Assembly (NCBI GenBank): GCA_038236365.1
Contig: JBBRZV010000008.1
Span: 5,240-69,239, forward strand
Direction: 5' to 3'
Length of the DNA stretch: 64,000 nt
From: Actinomycetales bacterium
GTDB lineage: Bacteria > Actinomycetota > Actinomycetes > Actinomycetales > Dermatophilaceae
Shown: positions 29,750-40,932 of the stretch, one piece after another
How positions within the stretch are numbered: position 1 is the first letter of the stretch
Layout: each line of letters opens with the position of its first letter
Notes under the pieces: model-generated
Database searches by the model: none
What the model was told of the DNA's origin: nothing
The model's input: only the letters and a program-made list of their open reading frames with translations
Position numbers and translations under genes: made by a program

Positions 29750-30543
29750 TGCGCTGGCTACGGTCACATCTGGTGGGTATCGCCGCGCTGGCCGTGCTGG
29801 CCTATCTGCTGATTCCCAACCTCGTGGTGATCATCTTCTCGTTCAACAAGCCTGCAGGGAGCTACAACTACGAGTGGCAGCGGTTCTCCCTCAATGCCTG
29901 GTTGAACCCGTGTGGCACGCCCGGCATCTGTGACTCGCTCGGGCTCAGCCTGAAGATCGGGTTGACCGCCACCATCGTGGCGACCGTCCTCGGGACCATG
30001 GTCGCCTTCGCCATCGGCCGGAACCGCTTCCGGGGTCGCTCCTCGGTCAACCTGCTCATCTTCCTGCCAATGGCCACCCCCGAGGTCGTGATGGGCTCCA
30101 GCCTGCTGACCCTGTTCATCGCGCTGGGCATCGCGCCCGGCACACCGACCATCCTGATCGCGCACATCCTGTTCTGTATTTCTTTCGTGGTCGTCACGGT
30201 CAAGGCGCGAATCGCCTCCCTCGACCCCCGGCTGGAGGAGGCGGCGGCGGACTTGTTCGCCACCCCCACCCAGGCTTTCATGAGGGTGACGTTGCCGCTG
30301 GTTGCACCAGGTATCGCGGCCGGCGCGCTACTGGCCTTCTCGCTGTCCTTCGATGACTACATCATCACGAACTTCAATGCGAGTCCGAGCTCGGTCACCT
30401 TCCCGATGTTCGTCTGGGGTGCGGCACAACGGGGGACTCCCGTGCAGATCAACGTCATTGGCACCGTGATGTTCATGGCTGCACTGCTTCTCGTTGCTGG
30501 TGGCCAGCTGATCAGCAACCGTCGTGCCCGGGCGGTCGTCTAG
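29749..30543 (+). CDS. potC: Polyamine ABC transporter permease
   Basis: A multi-TM protein with an EEAAADLFATP motif. It has an ATGA-type overlap with potB. Confidence 0.85.
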   Translation: MRWLRSHLVGIAALAVLAYLLIPNLVVIIFSFNKPAGSYNYEWQRFSLNAWLNPCGTPGICDSLGLSLKIGLTATIVATVLGTMVAFAIGRNRFRGRSSVNLLIFLPMATPEVVMGSSLLTLFIALGIAPGTPTILIAHILFCISFVVVTVKARIASLDPRLEEAAADLFATPTQAFMRVTLPLVAPGIAAGALLAFSLSFDDYIITNFNASPSSVTFPMFVWGAAQRGTPVQINVIGTVMFMAALLLVAGGQLISNRRARAVV

Positions 30544-30554
30544 CCCCAACAAGG

Positions 30555-31892
30555 GTGTCCAGCACCAACAAGTCGGTCATCAAGGGAGTTTCCACCGTGC
30601 GCATTCTCGTTGTCGGCTCAGGAGGAGTGGGAGATGCCTTCGCCCGCATCGCTGTCCAGCGAGACTTCTTCGAGCTGCTGGTCATGTCTGACTATGACGA
30701 GACGAGGGCGTCGGCAACCGTTGCCGCTGCCTCGGCTCGAAGGCGGGGCGAGGGGCGCCTCTTGGCGGCCAAGGTCGATGCGTCTTCGAGTGCGTCGGTC
30801 GCGGCGCTGGCGCGCGAGCACTCGATAACCCACATCCTCAACGCCGTGGACCCGCGGTTCGTGATACCGGTTTTTGAGGGCGCCCTCGCTGCCGGCGCAG
30901 ACTATCTCGACATGGCCATGAGCCTCTCGACGCCGCACCCCGAGCGGCCGCACACCGAACCGGGCGTCAAGCTCGGCGATGACCAGCTCGCCGCGACGCA
31001 GCGCTGGGAGGAGGCCGGTCGCCTGGCGCTTGTCGGGATCGGGGTCGAGCCGGGGCTCTCCGACGTCTTCGCCCGGTACGCAGCCGACCACCTCTTCGGC
31101 CAGATCGAGGAGCTCGGGACCCGTGATGGATCCAACCTGGTGGTTCGGGACGACAAGGGCGAGGAGGTCTTCGCACCGAGCTTCTCGATCTGGACCACCA
31201 TCGAGGAGTGCCTCAACCCCCCGGTGATCTGGGAGAAGGACAGGGGCTGGTTCACCACCGCGCCGTTCAGCGAGCCTGAGGTGTTCGACTTCCCCGAAGG
31301 CATCGGCAAGGTCGAGTGCGTCAACGTCGAGCACGAGGAGGTCTTGCTCATGCCTCGCTGGGTCGACGCCAGGCGCGTGACCTTCAAGTACGGCCTCGGC
31401 GGCGACTTCATCGGGGTGCTCAGGACGCTGCATGCGCTCGGCCTGGACCGAACGCAGAAGGTGAGTGTCGGCGGCATACAGGTCTCACCGCGGGACGTGG
31501 TCGCAGCGTGCCTGCCCGATCCCGCGACCATAGGTCCCAGGATGACGGGCAAGACGTGCGCAGGTCTTTGGGTGACCGGCACCGGCAAGGATGGCTCGGC
31601 GCGCGAGGTCTACCTCTACCACGTGGTGGACAACGAGTGGGCGATGCGTGAGTACGGCGCACAGTGTGTGGTGTGGCAGACCGCGGTCAATCCCGTTGTG
31701 GCACTTGAGCTCTTGGCAACAGGGGCCTGGAAGGGCACAGGCGTACGTGGTCCAGAGTCCTTCGATGCCGTGCCGTTCCTCGACCTGCTCAAGGCCCCGC
31801 AGCCCGGTGGCTATGGCTCTGCATGGGGCATCGAGGAACGGCAGCCAGGATCAGCCCGGCCAGGATCAGCGCAGCCAGGGTCAGCGCCATGA
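30555..31892 (+). CDS. Saccharopine dehydrogenase-like NAD(P)-binding protein
   Basis: The N-terminus has a Rossmann motif, ILVVGSGGVGDAF, and the length fits the family (~440 aa). The C-terminal tail is QPGSARPGSAQPGSAP, encoded by 3 tandem 15-bp units (31842-31886). Confidence 0.75.
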   Translation: MSSTNKSVIKGVSTVRILVVGSGGVGDAFARIAVQRDFFELLVMSDYDETRASATVAAASARRRGEGRLLAAKVDASSSASVAALAREHSITHILNAVDPRFVIPVFEGALAAGADYLDMAMSLSTPHPERPHTEPGVKLGDDQLAATQRWEEAGRLALVGIGVEPGLSDVFARYAADHLFGQIEELGTRDGSNLVVRDDKGEEVFAPSFSIWTTIEECLNPPVIWEKDRGWFTTAPFSEPEVFDFPEGIGKVECVNVEHEEVLLMPRWVDARRVTFKYGLGGDFIGVLRTLHALGLDRTQKVSVGGIQVSPRDVVAACLPDPATIGPRMTGKTCAGLWVTGTGKDGSAREVYLYHVVDNEWAMREYGAQCVVWQTAVNPVVALELLATGAWKGTGVRGPESFDAVPFLDLLKAPQPGGYGSAWGIEERQPGSARPGSAQPGSAP

Positions 31893-32902
31893 CGCGATAC
31901 GGCCCGCAGTTCGGACCAGACATTACCTTCCTGGGCGTGCCGCGTTGTGACCTCGAAGAGCCGGCGACATATGCCGACGCGGACGTTGTGATCCTCGGGG
32001 CACCCTTTGACGGTGGCACCTCCCATCGCCCGGGCGCCCGCTTCGGCCCGATGGCAATCCGGATGACGGACTACCTGCCGCACGATGGTTCGCGCCCGAG
32101 CCTCGCGCTTCGCACCGACGGCCTGGTGGACCTCAAAGTGGTCGATGGCGGAGACGTAGAGATGTACTCCGGCGACATCGAGACGGCACTGCCGGCTCTC
32201 GAGGCAGCCGTCGAGAAGGTGACCCGCGCCGGCGCCATACCCATCGTGCTCGGTGGTGACCACTCCATCGCGTTTCCGGATGCCAAGGGCGTCGCCAACG
32301 TGCTTGGCCAAGGCCGGATCTCGATGCTCCACTTCGACGCGCACGCCGACACTGGCGACATCGAGTTCGGCTCGCTGTGGGGTCATGGCCAACCCATGCG
32401 CCGCCTGATCGAGTCCGGGGCCCTCCGTGGCGACCGCTTCCTGCAGATCGGGCTGCGCGGCTACTGGCCGCCTCCCGAGACGTTGGACTGGATGGCGATC
32501 CAGGGGATGCGCTCCTACGAGATGACCGAGATTGGCCGTCGCGGGCTCCAGCAGTGTCTGACCGAGGCCTTTGTCATCGCGATGGACCAGTGCGATGGAG
32601 TGTTTCTCTCCGTCGACATCGACGTCTGCGACCCTGGCCATGCTCCGGGCACCGGCACGCCGGAGCCTGGCGGCCTCTCCGCCCGGGAGCTGCTGGACTC
32701 GGTCCGGCGGATCTGTCTCGAACTACCAGTCGTGGGTGTCGATGTCGTCGAGGTCAGCCCGCCCTATGACCACTCCGACATCACCGCTGCCCTGGCCAAC
32801 CGCGTGGTCCTGGAGGCGCTGTCGGCCATCGCCCGTCGACGCCAAGACCTCCGTGACGCAACCACCTGGAACCCGGATCAGCCGCTACTGGATGGTCGCT
32901 GA
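31889..32902 (+). CDS. speB: Agmatinase/ureohydrolase family protein
   Basis: ATG at 31889 (ATGA overlap with the upstream stop). Mn-binding motifs are GGDHSIAFP, HFDAHADT and SVDIDVCDPGHAPGTGTPEPGG. Confidence 0.85.
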   Translation: MTRYGPQFGPDITFLGVPRCDLEEPATYADADVVILGAPFDGGTSHRPGARFGPMAIRMTDYLPHDGSRPSLALRTDGLVDLKVVDGGDVEMYSGDIETALPALEAAVEKVTRAGAIPIVLGGDHSIAFPDAKGVANVLGQGRISMLHFDAHADTGDIEFGSLWGHGQPMRRLIESGALRGDRFLQIGLRGYWPPPETLDWMAIQGMRSYEMTEIGRRGLQQCLTEAFVIAMDQCDGVFLSVDIDVCDPGHAPGTGTPEPGGLSARELLDSVRRICLELPVVGVDVVEVSPPYDHSDITAALANRVVLEALSAIARRRQDLRDATTWNPDQPLLDGR

Positions 32903-32981
32903 CCCAGGCCACGATCAGCCGTTCGGCCAGACCTTCTCCAACCTCCGACGACACTGGATGTCCTCGTGGTGCAATGCAGAC

Positions 32982-34010
32982 ATGACGACTGAGCGACTGC
33001 AGACGCTGCACAGTGTCCTGGACGAGACCGACGACCGACTCAAGGCGGGTGAGTCCGTCGCAGGCCAGGTCTGGCCCTCCGGCTTCGGCTCGCTGGACGT
33101 CGCGCTGACCGGCGGCTTCCGCTCCGGTGAGCTGACCCTGCTGGGTGGCCCGCCCGGTCTGGGCAAGACCACGTTCGCCCTGCAGGCGATTCGCAACCTC
33201 CTGGCATTGGGCCGCCACTGCGTCTACTTCTCCTACGAGCACGACACCCAGTCTGTGCTCGAGCGCTTCCTCGTCATGGAGGCGGCTCTGATCGCCGGGT
33301 CAACCGCGGTCATGCTGCCCCGCATCCGTCAGGCGTTCGAAGCGCGACATGGGTCCGACCTGACCCTTGAGGAGCGACTCGCCGGCACCGAGGGTGGGGC
33401 CGAGGCCGTTGATGCGCTTCAGGGCTACGGCGCGCTGCTGCACATCCACCGTTCCAGCGGGTCCCATACAGATGTCGAAGCCATGAGGGCAGTCATCGAA
33501 GAGATCCGTATGGACACAGGTCAGACACCCTTCGTGGTCGTCGACTACCTCCAAAAGGTCTATGTCGCCCCACCGGGCGAGGAACGGCGCCGGGTCCCGC
33601 GCATGTCGGAGGACAACCGGGTGACGGTGGTTGTCGAGGGGCTCAAAGACATGGCCCTGGAGATGGGCGTGCCGGTGCTCGCCCTCGTCGCGGTCGACAA
33701 AAGCGGCCTCGACGCCGGCAAACGGGTCAGGCTCAGGGACCTGCGCGGGTCATCAGCCCTTGCCCACGAGGCAGATGTGGCACTCATCATGAACGACAAG
33801 TTCGACGTCGTGGCCCGGCATCACCTCATGTACAACCTGACCAATGCCGAGACGTATCGCGAGTGGGTGGTCATCAGCATCGAGAAGAACCGCAACGGGG
33901 TGGACAAGGTGGACCTCGAGTTCCAAAAGCGCTTTGACCACAGCATGTTCGACTCGGACGGCTCGAGTGTCACCGAGCAGCTGATCGACGAGCGGATCTT
34001 CGTCGGTTAG
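32982..34010 (+). CDS. Stand-alone DnaB-C-terminal-like (RecA-fold) ATPase, 342 aa
   Basis: The ATG at 32982 was verified. Walker A is [10 protein letters not shown] and Walker B is FVVVDYLQ. A DnaB-like [16 protein letters not shown] and an IEKNRNG motif are present. There is no DnaB N-terminal domain. Confidence 0.7.
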   Translation: MTTERLQTLHSVLDETDDRLKAGESVAGQVWPSGFGSLDVALTGGFRSGELTLLGGPPGLGKTTFALQAIRNLLALGRHCVYFSYEHDTQSVLERFLVMEAALIAGSTAVMLPRIRQAFEARHGSDLTLEERLAGTEGGAEAVDALQGYGALLHIHRSSGSHTDVEAMRAVIEEIRMDTGQTPFVVVDYLQKVYVAPPGEERRRVPRMSEDNRVTVVVEGLKDMALEMGVPVLALVAVDKSGLDAGKRVRLRDLRGSSALAHEADVALIMNDKFDVVARHHLMYNLTNAETYREWVVISIEKNRNGVDKVDLEFQKRFDHSMFDSDGSSVTEQLIDERIFVG

Positions 34011-34035
34011 CGCCCGGAGGAGGTCAGGGCAACGG

Positions 34036-35271
34036 GTGACGGACAATGGGTCAGTGACTCCACAGCGCAGCATCGTCATCCTGGGCTCCACAGGTTCCAT
34101 CGGCAGCCAAGCGCTTGAGGTCGTCGCGGCGAACCCGGATCGCTTCCGGGTGAGAGCGATCAGCGCAGGCGGCGGCAGGCTCGACCTCCTGGCCCACCAA
34201 GCCGTGGCGTTGGGAGTCGAAGCCGTCGGTGTGGCCCGTGGCACGCGAGATGTCGTTGCTGCGGCGATTCACCAGGTGGCCGGTGCGGCCGGGCGTCAGG
34301 GTTTCGCTCCGGACATCTTTGTCGGTCCGGCCGCCAACACCGATCTGGCCTCGAGCGGGGCCGATGTGGTTCTCAACGGCATCACTGGCTCTATCGGCCT
34401 GCGCCCGACCCTTGCCGCGCTGGCGGCCGGCAGCACCCTGGCGCTGGCCAACAAGGAGTCGCTGATCGTGGGTGGCTCGTTGGTCAAGGCCGCCGCGGAA
34501 CCCGACCAGATCGTTCCCGTGGACAGTGAGCACAGCGCTCTGGCCCAGTGTCTGCGCGCCGGCAGGGCCGATGAGGTTCGCCGCCTCATCGTGACCGCCA
34601 GCGGAGGGCCTTTCCGCGGCAGGACCCGGGCCCAGCTCGGAACCGTGACACCTGAGCAGGCGCTTGACCACCCGACCTGGGTCATGGGGCCCGTCGTCAC
34701 GACTAACTCCGCAACGCTGGTCAACAAGGGCCTGGAGGTCATCGAAGCCCATCTGCTCTTCGACATACCGTTCGAGCGGATCGACGTCGTGGTGCACCCC
34801 CAGTCGGTGGTCCACTCAATGGTGGAGTTCATCGACGGGTCCACCATGGCGCAGGTCTCGCCGCCGGACATGCGACTGCCCATCGCTCTGGGACTGTCCT
34901 GGCCCGACCGGGTCGACGGTGCCGTCCCTGCCTGCGACTGGACCCGGGCGGCTGCGTGGGAGTTCTCACCGCTGGATGAGGAGGCATTCCCGGCAGTCGC
35001 CCTTGCCCGCAGGGTAGGGGTGGCGGGCTCATGTTTCCCCGCAGTATTCAACGCCGCCAACGAGGAGTGCGTGAGGGCGTTCCTCGGCGGCCGCATCCGG
35101 TTCCTCGACATCGTCGACACGATCGAACGACTTGTCGACGAGTGGAGCTCCCAACCTGAGAACGTTTCGGATCCGTTGGACGTTGAGACCGTATTGCGCG
35201 CCGAATCATGGGCGCGAAAACGCGCCCATGAAGTTCTGGGCCTTAGCGGAAGTGAGACGCTGGTCTCGTGA
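34036..35271 (+). CDS. dxr: 1-deoxy-D-xylulose-5-phosphate reductoisomerase
   Basis: Motifs [28 protein letters not shown] and HPxWxMG. Confidence 0.95.
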   Translation: MTDNGSVTPQRSIVILGSTGSIGSQALEVVAANPDRFRVRAISAGGGRLDLLAHQAVALGVEAVGVARGTRDVVAAAIHQVAGAAGRQGFAPDIFVGPAANTDLASSGADVVLNGITGSIGLRPTLAALAAGSTLALANKESLIVGGSLVKAAAEPDQIVPVDSEHSALAQCLRAGRADEVRRLIVTASGGPFRGRTRAQLGTVTPEQALDHPTWVMGPVVTTNSATLVNKGLEVIEAHLLFDIPFERIDVVVHPQSVVHSMVEFIDGSTMAQVSPPDMRLPIALGLSWPDRVDGAVPACDWTRAAAWEFSPLDEEAFPAVALARRVGVAGSCFPAVFNAANEECVRAFLGGRIRFLDIVDTIERLVDEWSSQPENVSDPLDVETVLRAESWARKRAHEVLGLSGSETLVS

Positions 35272-36611
35272 TGTACCTCCTGGGTGTTCTCTTTGTCGCA
35301 ATCGGTGTCAGCGTCTCCATCGCGCTGCACGAGGTCGGCCACCTCCTTCCTGCCAAGAAGTTCGGCGTCAAGGTCACCCAGTACATGGTCGGCTTCGGCC
35401 CGACCGTCTGGTCCCGCAAGCGTGGGGAGACCGAGTACGGCCTCAAGGCGGTTCCGTTGGGTGGATACATCCGGATGATCGGCATGTTTCCACCCAAGCC
35501 TGGCGCGGACCCCTCGATCTTGCGCTCGTCCAGCACAGGCCGTTTCTCCCAGCTCATGGACCAGGCCCGCGAAGAGTCCATGGAACAGGTCAAGCCCGGG
35601 GACGAGAACCGGGTCTTCTACAAGCTGTCAGCCCCCAAAAAGCTGGTGGTCATGCTGGGTGGGCCGACCATGAACCTGATCATCGCCGTGGTCCTGCTCA
35701 CCGGAATCTTCACCCTCTATGGCATGGGTCAGATCACATCCCGGGTCAGCTCGGTGTCGCAGTGTGTCCAGACCACGCCCGCCAGCGGCACCGGACCTCA
35801 GACGTGCTCGCCCTCGGACCCACAGGCGCCGGCCAACCTCGCGGGAATCCGTCCTGGTGATCGCATCATCTCGCTTGCTGGTCACCAGGTCAGCACGTGG
35901 GATGACGTCCGTGCCCTGATCCGGCCCAACGGGGGCCGTCAGATCGGCGTCATCGTTGAGCGGAACGGCAAGCAGCTGGACCTGAAGGCGACGCCGATCC
36001 TCAACAACGTGCCAAGGTACGACGCTGCCGGCAGCCCTGTTGTGGGTGCTGACGGCAAGGCCCTGACCGATCGCGTTGGGTTCATGGGTTTTTCGCCCAG
36101 CGCAGAGATCGTGAGGCAGCCTCTCACCGCGGTCCCGTCACTGATCGGCGATCAGGTCGCCCGCACTGCCGGCGTGGTAGTACGGATCCCGCAGAAGATG
36201 GTCGGCATCGCCCAGGCAGCCTTCAGCAACGGGCCGCGTGACCCCAATGGCCCCATGTCCGTGGTCGGAGTGGGGCGGGTTGCCGGCGAGGTCGCCGACG
36301 GGCAGCTCTCCGGGGTGGCCGACTCGAGCTCCTCCAAGTTCGTCGTCCTGCTCAGCCTGATCGCCTCGCTCAACATTGCCCTGTTCGTCTTCAACCTCAT
36401 CCCGCTGCTGCCCCTGGATGGCGGACATGCCGCTGGCGCTCTGTGGGAGGGGCTCAAGAGGCAGGTCGCCAGGCTCCGTGGACGCCCGAACCCGGGCTAC
36501 GTCGACGTCGCCAAGGCTCTCCCCGTGGCCTACGCCGTGTCCGTCGCGCTGATCGGCATGTCGGTCCTGCTGATCTATGCCGATGTGGTTAACCCGATCA
36601 AGCTCGGCTGA
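35268..36611 (+). CDS. rip1: M50 family site-2 protease (RseP/Rip1) with a PDZ domain
   Basis: Motifs [13 protein letters not shown] (HExxH) and [12 protein letters not shown]. Its position between dxr and ispG is syntenic. Confidence 0.9.
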   Translation: MMYLLGVLFVAIGVSVSIALHEVGHLLPAKKFGVKVTQYMVGFGPTVWSRKRGETEYGLKAVPLGGYIRMIGMFPPKPGADPSILRSSSTGRFSQLMDQAREESMEQVKPGDENRVFYKLSAPKKLVVMLGGPTMNLIIAVVLLTGIFTLYGMGQITSRVSSVSQCVQTTPASGTGPQTCSPSDPQAPANLAGIRPGDRIISLAGHQVSTWDDVRALIRPNGGRQIGVIVERNGKQLDLKATPILNNVPRYDAAGSPVVGADGKALTDRVGFMGFSPSAEIVRQPLTAVPSLIGDQVARTAGVVVRIPQKMVGIAQAAFSNGPRDPNGPMSVVGVGRVAGEVADGQLSGVADSSSSKFVVLLSLIASLNIALFVFNLIPLLPLDGGHAAGALWEGLKRQVARLRGRPNPGYVDVAKALPVAYAVSVALIGMSVLLIYADVVNPIKLG

Positions 36612-36647
36612 TCGCAGTTCTTCCCGTTGGTGGGAGATACTCGACTC

Positions 36648-37811
36648 ATGACGGTTTCTCTTGGCATGCCGCCCTTGCCGGCCCCTGTTGTCGCACCTCG
36701 ACGCATCTCCCGCAAGATCAAGGTTGGCGCGGTTGATGTCGGCGGGGGCGCCCCCATCTCGGTGCAGTCGATGTGCACGACACCTACCACCGATGTCGAC
36801 GCGACCCTGCAACAGATCGCGGAGCTGACCGCAACTGGATGCGACATCGTGCGGGTTGCCTGCCCGACCCAGGATGACGCCGATGCCCTGCGCGAGATCG
36901 CCAAGAAGAGCCAGATCCCCGTCATCGCCGACATCCACTTCCAGCCCAAGTACGTCTTTGCCGCGATCGACGCCGGCTGCGCTGGGGTACGGGTGAACCC
37001 CGGAAACATCCGAAAGTTCGATGACCAGGTCAAGCAGATCGCCCGGGCGGCCCAGGACGCGGGTGTCTCGATCCGGATCGGGGTCAACGCGGGATCTCTT
37101 GACCCCCGCATCATGGCCAAGTACGGCAAGGCCACTCCCGAGGCTCTCGTCGAGTCGGCCATCTGGGAGGCGAGCCTGTTCGAGGAGCACGACTTCCACG
37201 ACTTCAAGATCTCGGTCAAGCACAGCGACCCGGTCGTCATGATCCGGGCCTACGAGCAGCTCGCGGCTCGCGGCGACTGGCCGCTACACCTCGGGGTGAC
37301 CGAGGCCGGCCCTGCATTTCAAGGGACAGTCAAGTCGTCGGTCGCCTTCGGAGCGTTGCTGGCTAAGGGAATCGGTGACACGATCCGGGTTTCGCTGTCG
37401 GCCCCGCCGGTTGAGGAGATCAAGGTCGGCAACCAGATCCTGCAGTCCCTGAACCTGCGTCCGCGCAAGCTGGAGATCGTCTCGTGTCCTTCGTGCGGCC
37501 GGGCCCAGGTCGACGTCTACACCCTGGCTGAGCAGGTGAGCGCAGGGCTGGATGGGCTGGAGGTCCCCCTCCGGGTTGCGGTCATGGGCTGTGTCGTGAA
37601 CGGCCCTGGTGAGGCACGTGAAGCCGATCTTGGTGTCGCCTCCGGCAATGGCAAGGGCCAGATCTTCGTCAGGGGCGAGATCATCAAGACGGTTCCGGAG
37701 TCCCAGATTGTCGAGACCCTGATCGAGGAGGCCATGCGGCTGGCCGAAGAGATGGGCGAGCCGGTCGACGCCGAAGGGGCGAGCTCTGGCCCTGTTGTCA
37801 CTGTCGGTTGA
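36648..37811 (+). CDS. ispG: 4-hydroxy-3-methylbut-2-enyl diphosphate synthase
   Basis: Motifs [15 protein letters not shown] and SCPSCGR. An upstream TTG at 36627 is also possible. Confidence 0.95.
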   Translation: MTVSLGMPPLPAPVVAPRRISRKIKVGAVDVGGGAPISVQSMCTTPTTDVDATLQQIAELTATGCDIVRVACPTQDDADALREIAKKSQIPVIADIHFQPKYVFAAIDAGCAGVRVNPGNIRKFDDQVKQIARAAQDAGVSIRIGVNAGSLDPRIMAKYGKATPEALVESAIWEASLFEEHDFHDFKISVKHSDPVVMIRAYEQLAARGDWPLHLGVTEAGPAFQGTVKSSVAFGALLAKGIGDTIRVSLSAPPVEEIKVGNQILQSLNLRPRKLEIVSCPSCGRAQVDVYTLAEQVSAGLDGLEVPLRVAVMGCVVNGPGEAREADLGVASGNGKGQIFVRGEIIKTVPESQIVETLIEEAMRLAEEMGEPVDAEGASSGPVVTVG

Positions 37812-37825
37812 GGAGGGCCTGAGGC

Positions 37826-38668
37826 GTGCTGGGCACCAAGAGTCCCGTCCGCGCACTGACCACGGCCGACCGTGACCAGGCGCTGGAGGTCTGCGCGCGC
37901 GATACCCGCACCAATGTCTTTGTGGCGGCACGCATCCTGGAGGGTGCGCTGGCGACCTCCCCCGGTGCCTTGCTCGGCTACGCCGGGGACGGGAGCCTGC
38001 AGGCGATCTGCTGGGCATCGGCCAACCTGGTGCCCGTGGGGTGCGACGACCCGGCCCTCGCTGCTTTTGCCGCGAAGCTGCGCCGATGGCGGCGTCAGTG
38101 CTCTTCCGTGTTCGGGCCGGCGGACATGGTGCTGCCGCTCTGGGAGCAGCTTCGGCCGACATGGGGGGAGCCGCGGGACGTGCGCGCCTACCAGCCGGTT
38201 CTGGCCACTGCCGGGCCGCTCCCCACCGGTGTGACCTGCGATCCCCGGGTTCGTCGGGCGCGCTTCGATGAGGTCGACCTGGTGCTGCCCGCCGCGGCGG
38301 CCATGTTCACCGAAGAGATCGGCTATCCGCCGTACTGGGGCTCGCGTCATGCCTACCGTCAGGGCATCGAGAGCCTGATCCGCCAGGGGCACACGTTCGT
38401 GCGGGTCGACGATGGTGAGGTCGTGTTCAAGGCCGACGTCGGTTCAGTGGCTCTTGGGGTGGCGCAGATCCAGGGCGTCTGGGTGGCGCCGCGATGGCGT
38501 GGGCAAGGGCTTGCCGGACCCGCCATGGCAGCGGTCGTCGGGCAGGTTCTGACGGAGATCGCCGGTGTGGTGACGCTGTACGTCAACGACTTCAACACGC
38601 CGGCCCGGGCCACATACGCGCGGGTCGGCTTCACCGAGATCGGACGCTTCGCCACCGTCCTGATGTAA
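37826..38668 (+). CDS. GNAT family N-acetyltransferase
   Basis: The C-terminus reads VWVAPRWRGQGLAGPAMAAVV...ATYARVGF. Its position after ispG is conserved in actinobacteria. Confidence 0.75.
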   Translation: MLGTKSPVRALTTADRDQALEVCARDTRTNVFVAARILEGALATSPGALLGYAGDGSLQAICWASANLVPVGCDDPALAAFAAKLRRWRRQCSSVFGPADMVLPLWEQLRPTWGEPRDVRAYQPVLATAGPLPTGVTCDPRVRRARFDEVDLVLPAAAAMFTEEIGYPPYWGSRHAYRQGIESLIRQGHTFVRVDDGEVVFKADVGSVALGVAQIQGVWVAPRWRGQGLAGPAMAAVVGQVLTEIAGVVTLYVNDFNTPARATYARVGFTEIGRFATVLM

Positions 38669-38676
38669 GGAGAGCC

Positions 38677-39060
38677 ATGACCAAGCTGCCGAAGGACCTC
38701 CTTGGACTTGCCGTGTTGTTCTCCGCCTCAGGCGTCATGCACCTTGTCCGGCCACAGATCTTCGAGACCATCGTGCCGCGGCAGCTGCCGGAACGTCGAG
38801 GCCTTGTCTACGCCTCCGGCGTCGCCGAGCTCGCCTGCGCTGCCGCCATCCTGCACCCGCGGACGCGCAGGGCGGCCGGCTGGGCCAGCGCTGCGCTGCT
38901 CACCGCCATCTTTCCTGCCAATGTCCAGATGGCAGTGACCGAAGGAAAGCGGGCCAGCCGTGGCACCGGCAGTCGGGGCAGGCAGGTTGCCGCGCTCGTC
39001 CGGCTGCCGCTGCAGATTCCGTTGATCCGAACCGCGCTCAAGGCCGCAAGGGGCCTTTGA
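38677..39060 (+). CDS. DoxX-like small membrane protein
   Basis: The ATG at 38677 lies after aaggagag. Three to four hydrophobic segments and an IFPANVQMA motif are present. Confidence 0.6.
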   Translation: MTKLPKDLLGLAVLFSASGVMHLVRPQIFETIVPRQLPERRGLVYASGVAELACAAAILHPRTRRAAGWASAALLTAIFPANVQMAVTEGKRASRGTGSRGRQVAALVRLPLQIPLIRTALKAARGL

Positions 39061-39150
39061 GAGCGAAACTGCCGTGACCACGTCGCCGGCCTGCGGATAT
39101 CCTCACGGAGTCCGGCGCGCCACTGTGTCGGACCAACCCGAGGAGATCTC

Positions 39151-40932
39151 GTGTCAACGCCGGTCCTGCACATGTCGACCCTGTTCCTGCGAACCCTGCG
39201 CGAGGACCCGGCCGATGCTGAGCTGCCCAGCCACCGGTTGCTGGTCCGTGCCGGATACATCCGTCGGGTCGCACCCGGCATCTACACCTGGCTGCCCCTC
39301 GGCCTGAGGGTGCTGCGCAACATCGAGGCGATCGTGCGCGAGGAGATGGACGCCATCGGCGCCCAGGAGCTGAGCTTTCCTGCGCTCCTTCCCAAAGAGC
39401 CGTTCGAGACCACCGGACGCTGGACTGAGTACGGCGACAACATCTTCCGGCTCAAGGACCGCAAGGGCGCGGACTACCTGCTCGGACCGACGCACGAAGA
39501 GATGTTCACGCTGACGGTCAAGGACCTCTACGGCTCCTACAAGGATCTGCCTCTCTCGATCTACCAGATCCAGACCAAGTATCGCGACGAGGCGCGTCCG
39601 CGCGCGGGTCTCCTGCGCGGCCGCGAGTTCATCATGAAGGACTCGTACTCATTCGATGTCGATGAGGCGGGTCTGCAGGCCTCCTATGACGCGCATCGGG
39701 GTGCCTACATCAAGATCTTCGACCGCCTCGGGTTCGACTACGTCATCGTCAAGGCAACGTCCGGTGCCATGGGGGGCTCGGCATCCGAGGAGTTCCTCGC
39801 GACGGCTGAGAACGGTGAGGACACCTACGTTCGCTGCACCTCGTGCGACTACGCGGCGAACGTCGAGGCCGTCCAGGTGCCGGTTCCGCCCGTTTTTTCG
39901 TATGACGGAGTACCTGCGGCTCACGTCGAGGACACTCCTGACACTCCGACCATCGCGACCCTGGTTGACCACCTCAATGAGGCATTCCCACGCCCGGATC
40001 GCCCGTGGCAGGCCAGCGACACCCTCAAGAACGTTCTGGTGATGGTGGTCCATCCGGACGGCCGTCGTGAGCCCCTGGCGATTGGTGTTCCAGGTGACCG
40101 CGAAATCGACGAGAAGCGGCTGGGCGCCCAGCTCGAGCCGGCTGAGATCGAGGCGTTCGACGAGGCCGACTTCGCCAGGCACCCAGTCCTTGCCAAGGGC
40201 TACATGGGCCCCGAGGTGCTGGGCGAGGAGGCCAAGTCCGGGATCAGGTTCCTGGTGGACCCCCGAGTCGTGGAGGGAACCCGCTGGGTTACAGGGGCGA
40301 ACGCCCCCGGCCACCACGTGATCGACCTTGTGGCAGGGCGCGACTTCACGGCCGACGGCACCATCGAGGCCGCAGAGGTGCGCGACGGTGACGAGTGCCC
40401 CAACTGCGGGCGGCCTCTGGAGACAGCCCGCGGCATCGAGATGGGCCACATCTTCCAGCTCGGACGCAAGTACGCAGAAGCGCTGGAGCTGAAGGTTCTT
40501 GACCGTAACGGCAAGCTCGTGACCGTGACCATGGGTTCCTACGGCGTGGGCGTCAGTCGTGCTGTTGCCGCTGTGGCGGAAGGCTGTCACGACGAGCTGG
40601 GCCTGGTCTGGCCCCGCGAGGTCGCACCGGCTGACGTTCACCTGGTGGCCACCGGCAAGGACGATCAGGTCTTTGCCAAAGCCGCAGAGCTAGCCGATGC
40701 CCTTGCGGAACAGGGGATCTCGGTCATCTACGACGACCGCGTGAAGGTCTCGCCTGGGGTGAAGTTCAAGGACGCTGAGCTGATCGGAGTGCCGACGATC
40801 CTCATTGTCGGCAGGGGCCTTGAGTCGGGCACGATTGAGATCAAGGATCGTGCGACCGGCGATCGGACCGAGGTGCCCGTTGGCGATATCGTCCAGGCGG
40901 TCGTGTCCGAGGTGCGCGGCTCAGGGCACTGA
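39151..40932 (+). CDS. proS: Proline--tRNA ligase (bacterial type with an INS editing domain)
   Basis: Motifs [17 protein letters not shown]-type [23 protein letters not shown] and [14 protein letters not shown]. Confidence 0.95.
   Translation: MSTPVLHMSTLFLRTLREDPADAELPSHRLLVRAGYIRRVAPGIYTWLPLGLRVLRNIEAIVREEMDAIGAQELSFPALLPKEPFETTGRWTEYGDNIFRLKDRKGADYLLGPTHEEMFTLTVKDLYGSYKDLPLSIYQIQTKYRDEARPRAGLLRGREFIMKDSYSFDVDEAGLQASYDAHRGAYIKIFDRLGFDYVIVKATSGAMGGSASEEFLATAENGEDTYVRCTSCDYAANVEAVQVPVPPVFSYDGVPAAHVEDTPDTPTIATLVDHLNEAFPRPDRPWQASDTLKNVLVMVVHPDGRREPLAIGVPGDREIDEKRLGAQLEPAEIEAFDEADFARHPVLAKGYMGPEVLGEEAKSGIRFLVDPRVVEGTRWVTGANAPGHHVIDLVAGRDFTADGTIEAAEVRDGDECPNCGRPLETARGIEMGHIFQLGRKYAEALELKVLDRNGKLVTVTMGSYGVGVSRAVAAVAEGCHDELGLVWPREVAPADVHLVATGKDDQVFAKAAELADALAEQGISVIYDDRVKVSPGVKFKDAELIGVPTILIVGRGLESGTIEIKDRATGDRTEVPVGDIVQAVVSEVRGSGH

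Noticed and set aside
32571-32981. N-terminal 137-aa extension of the DnaB-C-like ORF
   Set aside because: It overlaps the 3' end of the agmatinase gene in another frame. The recognisable domain and a plausible ATG begin at 32982.
39061-39150. Possible T-box or leader upstream of proS
   Set aside because: It is only 90 nt, too short for a T-box. No specifier or T-box sequence is recognisable.
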